DNA of 64,000 nucleotides from Azolla caroliniana (Eukaryota; Plantae; Polypodiophyta), in the NCBI GenBank assembly GCA_043228905.1, contig JBHGNT010000010.1, positions 10,416,001 to 10,480,000 on the forward strand, given 5' to 3'. Positions 62,270-64,000 of the stretch are shown here, piece by piece; within the stretch, counting starts at the first letter, position 1, and each line of letters opens with the position of its first letter. The translations under genes were made by a program, and so were the position numbers. A model generated the notes under the pieces. That model was not told the DNA's origin. It searched no databases and saw only the letters and a list, made by a program, of their open reading frames with translations.

Positions 62270-63665
62270 CTCCTGGCTTCACACCTCACTCGCGCTCCTC
62301 GTCCCGTTCAATTTCACGCGCTTCGACCTTTCCGGTCGGCTTGTCTGCTCATGCGGCCCTTCTCAACTCCCTTGTTGTCGCGGTGTTGGCGCCTCTTTCG
62401 CTGCCCTTTCCTCCGCTTGGCCCTCAGTCGATTCGTAATGACCAAATCGTACATTTCGATTGAATCGGTCACTTCCGATTCAATTCCACTTTTGCCCGAT
62501 TTGGATGTCTCCAATTCATCTTCTAATTCCAAGCCCTTCACAACATCAGACCACGTCTTGGTCTTGGTCTTTACGCCCTTCTTGGTTGTATTTCCCCTTT
62601 GTTCGGCTGTCTTCGGCTCTTCCTTGCGATTACGACCCCTGTTTTCATCTTCGGCTTCCTCAACCGACCCGAAATCGAACTCTTCACCCGATTCGGCATC
62701 ACGGTCACTACCGCTCCTTTCATGCTCCTATTCCTATCTCCCCCTCAAGTTCGGTGTGTCGAGGTGACGTAAACCCAGCTCACCTGAGAAATGCCGCAAC
62801 TTGTCGAGACCAAGGGGCTTGGTGAAGATGTCGGCAATCTATCGACCCGTCGGAACATACGCCAATTCGACCTCACCAGAAAGGACACACTTGAGGACAA
62901 AATGGTAGTGCACCTCAATGTGCTTGGTCCGGGCGTGGAATACATGGTTCTTCGCAAGGTGGATGTTGTTGTGGTTGTCGCAATAGATCATCGTCGGATT
63001 GGACACCTCCACATGTAGATCCCGTAATAGTCGTTTCATCCAAATGACTTCACACATAGCGACAGTCGCCCCTCGATATTTGGCCTCCGTGCTCGACAAC
63101 TCTATTGTCGGTTGCTTCTTACTGCTCCACGCGATCGCCGCACTTCCCAATGAGCATGTGTATCCGGATGTGGATCTACGATCGTGGACATTTCCGGCCC
63201 AATCAGCATCCATGTACCCAACTAATTGTTCGGCTACGCCTCCCCGATACAGCAATGCCATGTCCTTAGTGCCGCTGACATATCATAATATCCTTTGAGT
63301 GCATTGAAGATGTTCGGTCGTGGGTTGTGACATAAATTGACTGATCATTGCAACCAAATAGGTCGCACGCCTTTCTCGAATTTCGGCAAAGCTTTATGTT
63401 TTTATCCAGAGGGGTCGAGATGGGCTTACAATTTGTCATCCCGAACTTGAAGAGCATATTCAGCGTGTAATGACGTTGACTGATCAATATGCCTTCACGG
63501 GAACGGATCACTTCGATCCCGAGGAAGTAATGAAGGTCTCCAAGATCCTTCATTTCGAAAGATGCCACGAGCTGAGACTTGATTTCTTCCAGGTCGGCAC
63601 CGGCGATGACTAAATCATCAACATACAGTGGAAGGCTAACTGGGCCATGTTGACCTTGTTGAATA
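62270..63665 (-). pseudogene. Copia E fragment (RT C-terminus, RNase H, extension), family of B/C/D
   Basis: FEMKDLGDLHYFLGIEV, GYMDADWAG, ARTKHIEVHYHF; no LTR at either edge. Confidence 0.9.
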
Positions 63666-64000
63666 CGGGTTTCTAATGGACATATTCACACTGTCTCCTT
63701 TTGTACACACTAGGCTTAGGCTATTTATGTAAATAGTGAGAAGGACAATTGCCCAAGTCAATCAGTATATAAACCGAGTTTGTAACCTAGTTAGTGGTTG
63801 TTGCATTAAGTTGTAATATACTTTATACATTGTGCCTAACCCACCTTGAGAATGGTAGCCTTCAATACTAAGTCTTATGGAGTGTGATCAATTTGAAGTG
63901 TGTCAAGTTGATAACATGTGGATAGGTTGTTTCTTTGTACATGTTTCAATTAATGTAAGTACAATAGTTTATACAGATTGTTTCTTCAGAGGGACGAGTG

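Noticed and set aside
63666-64000. Possible LTR or other element at the window end
   Set aside because: No partner repeat, TSD or coding motif within the window.

Overview
This is eukaryotic, plant-type DNA with no intact host gene; a non-seed plant such as a bryophyte or fern is plausible but is inference. Positions 1-54200 are a deeply nested LTR-retrotransposon stack whose order can be rebuilt from target-site duplications (TSDs). It holds four Ty1/Copia copies with LTRs (5-bp TSD), one chromodomain Ty3/Gypsy and a remnant of a second, one nearly intact tRNA-Trp-primed Gypsy (4-bp TSD, gag-protease and pol in different frames with a -1 slippery site and pseudoknot), and several gag-only derivatives and solo LTRs. 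Best finding: 54820-62270. After removing three solo LTRs and splicing GT-AG introns, the minus strand encodes a decayed ParB-like protein fused to a bacterial-type beta-class amino (N6A/N4C) DNA methyltransferase. It lies head-to-head with a decayed DDE-type transposase, suggesting a DNA transposon carrying its own DNA methyltransferase. Second finding: insertion 27100-31423 has an inverted interior, a 384-bp-arm palindrome, a 26-nt copy of the mature tRNA-Trp 3' end at a junction, and conserved Pol III A/B boxes in its LTRs. All calls come from manual reading; no database searches were run.
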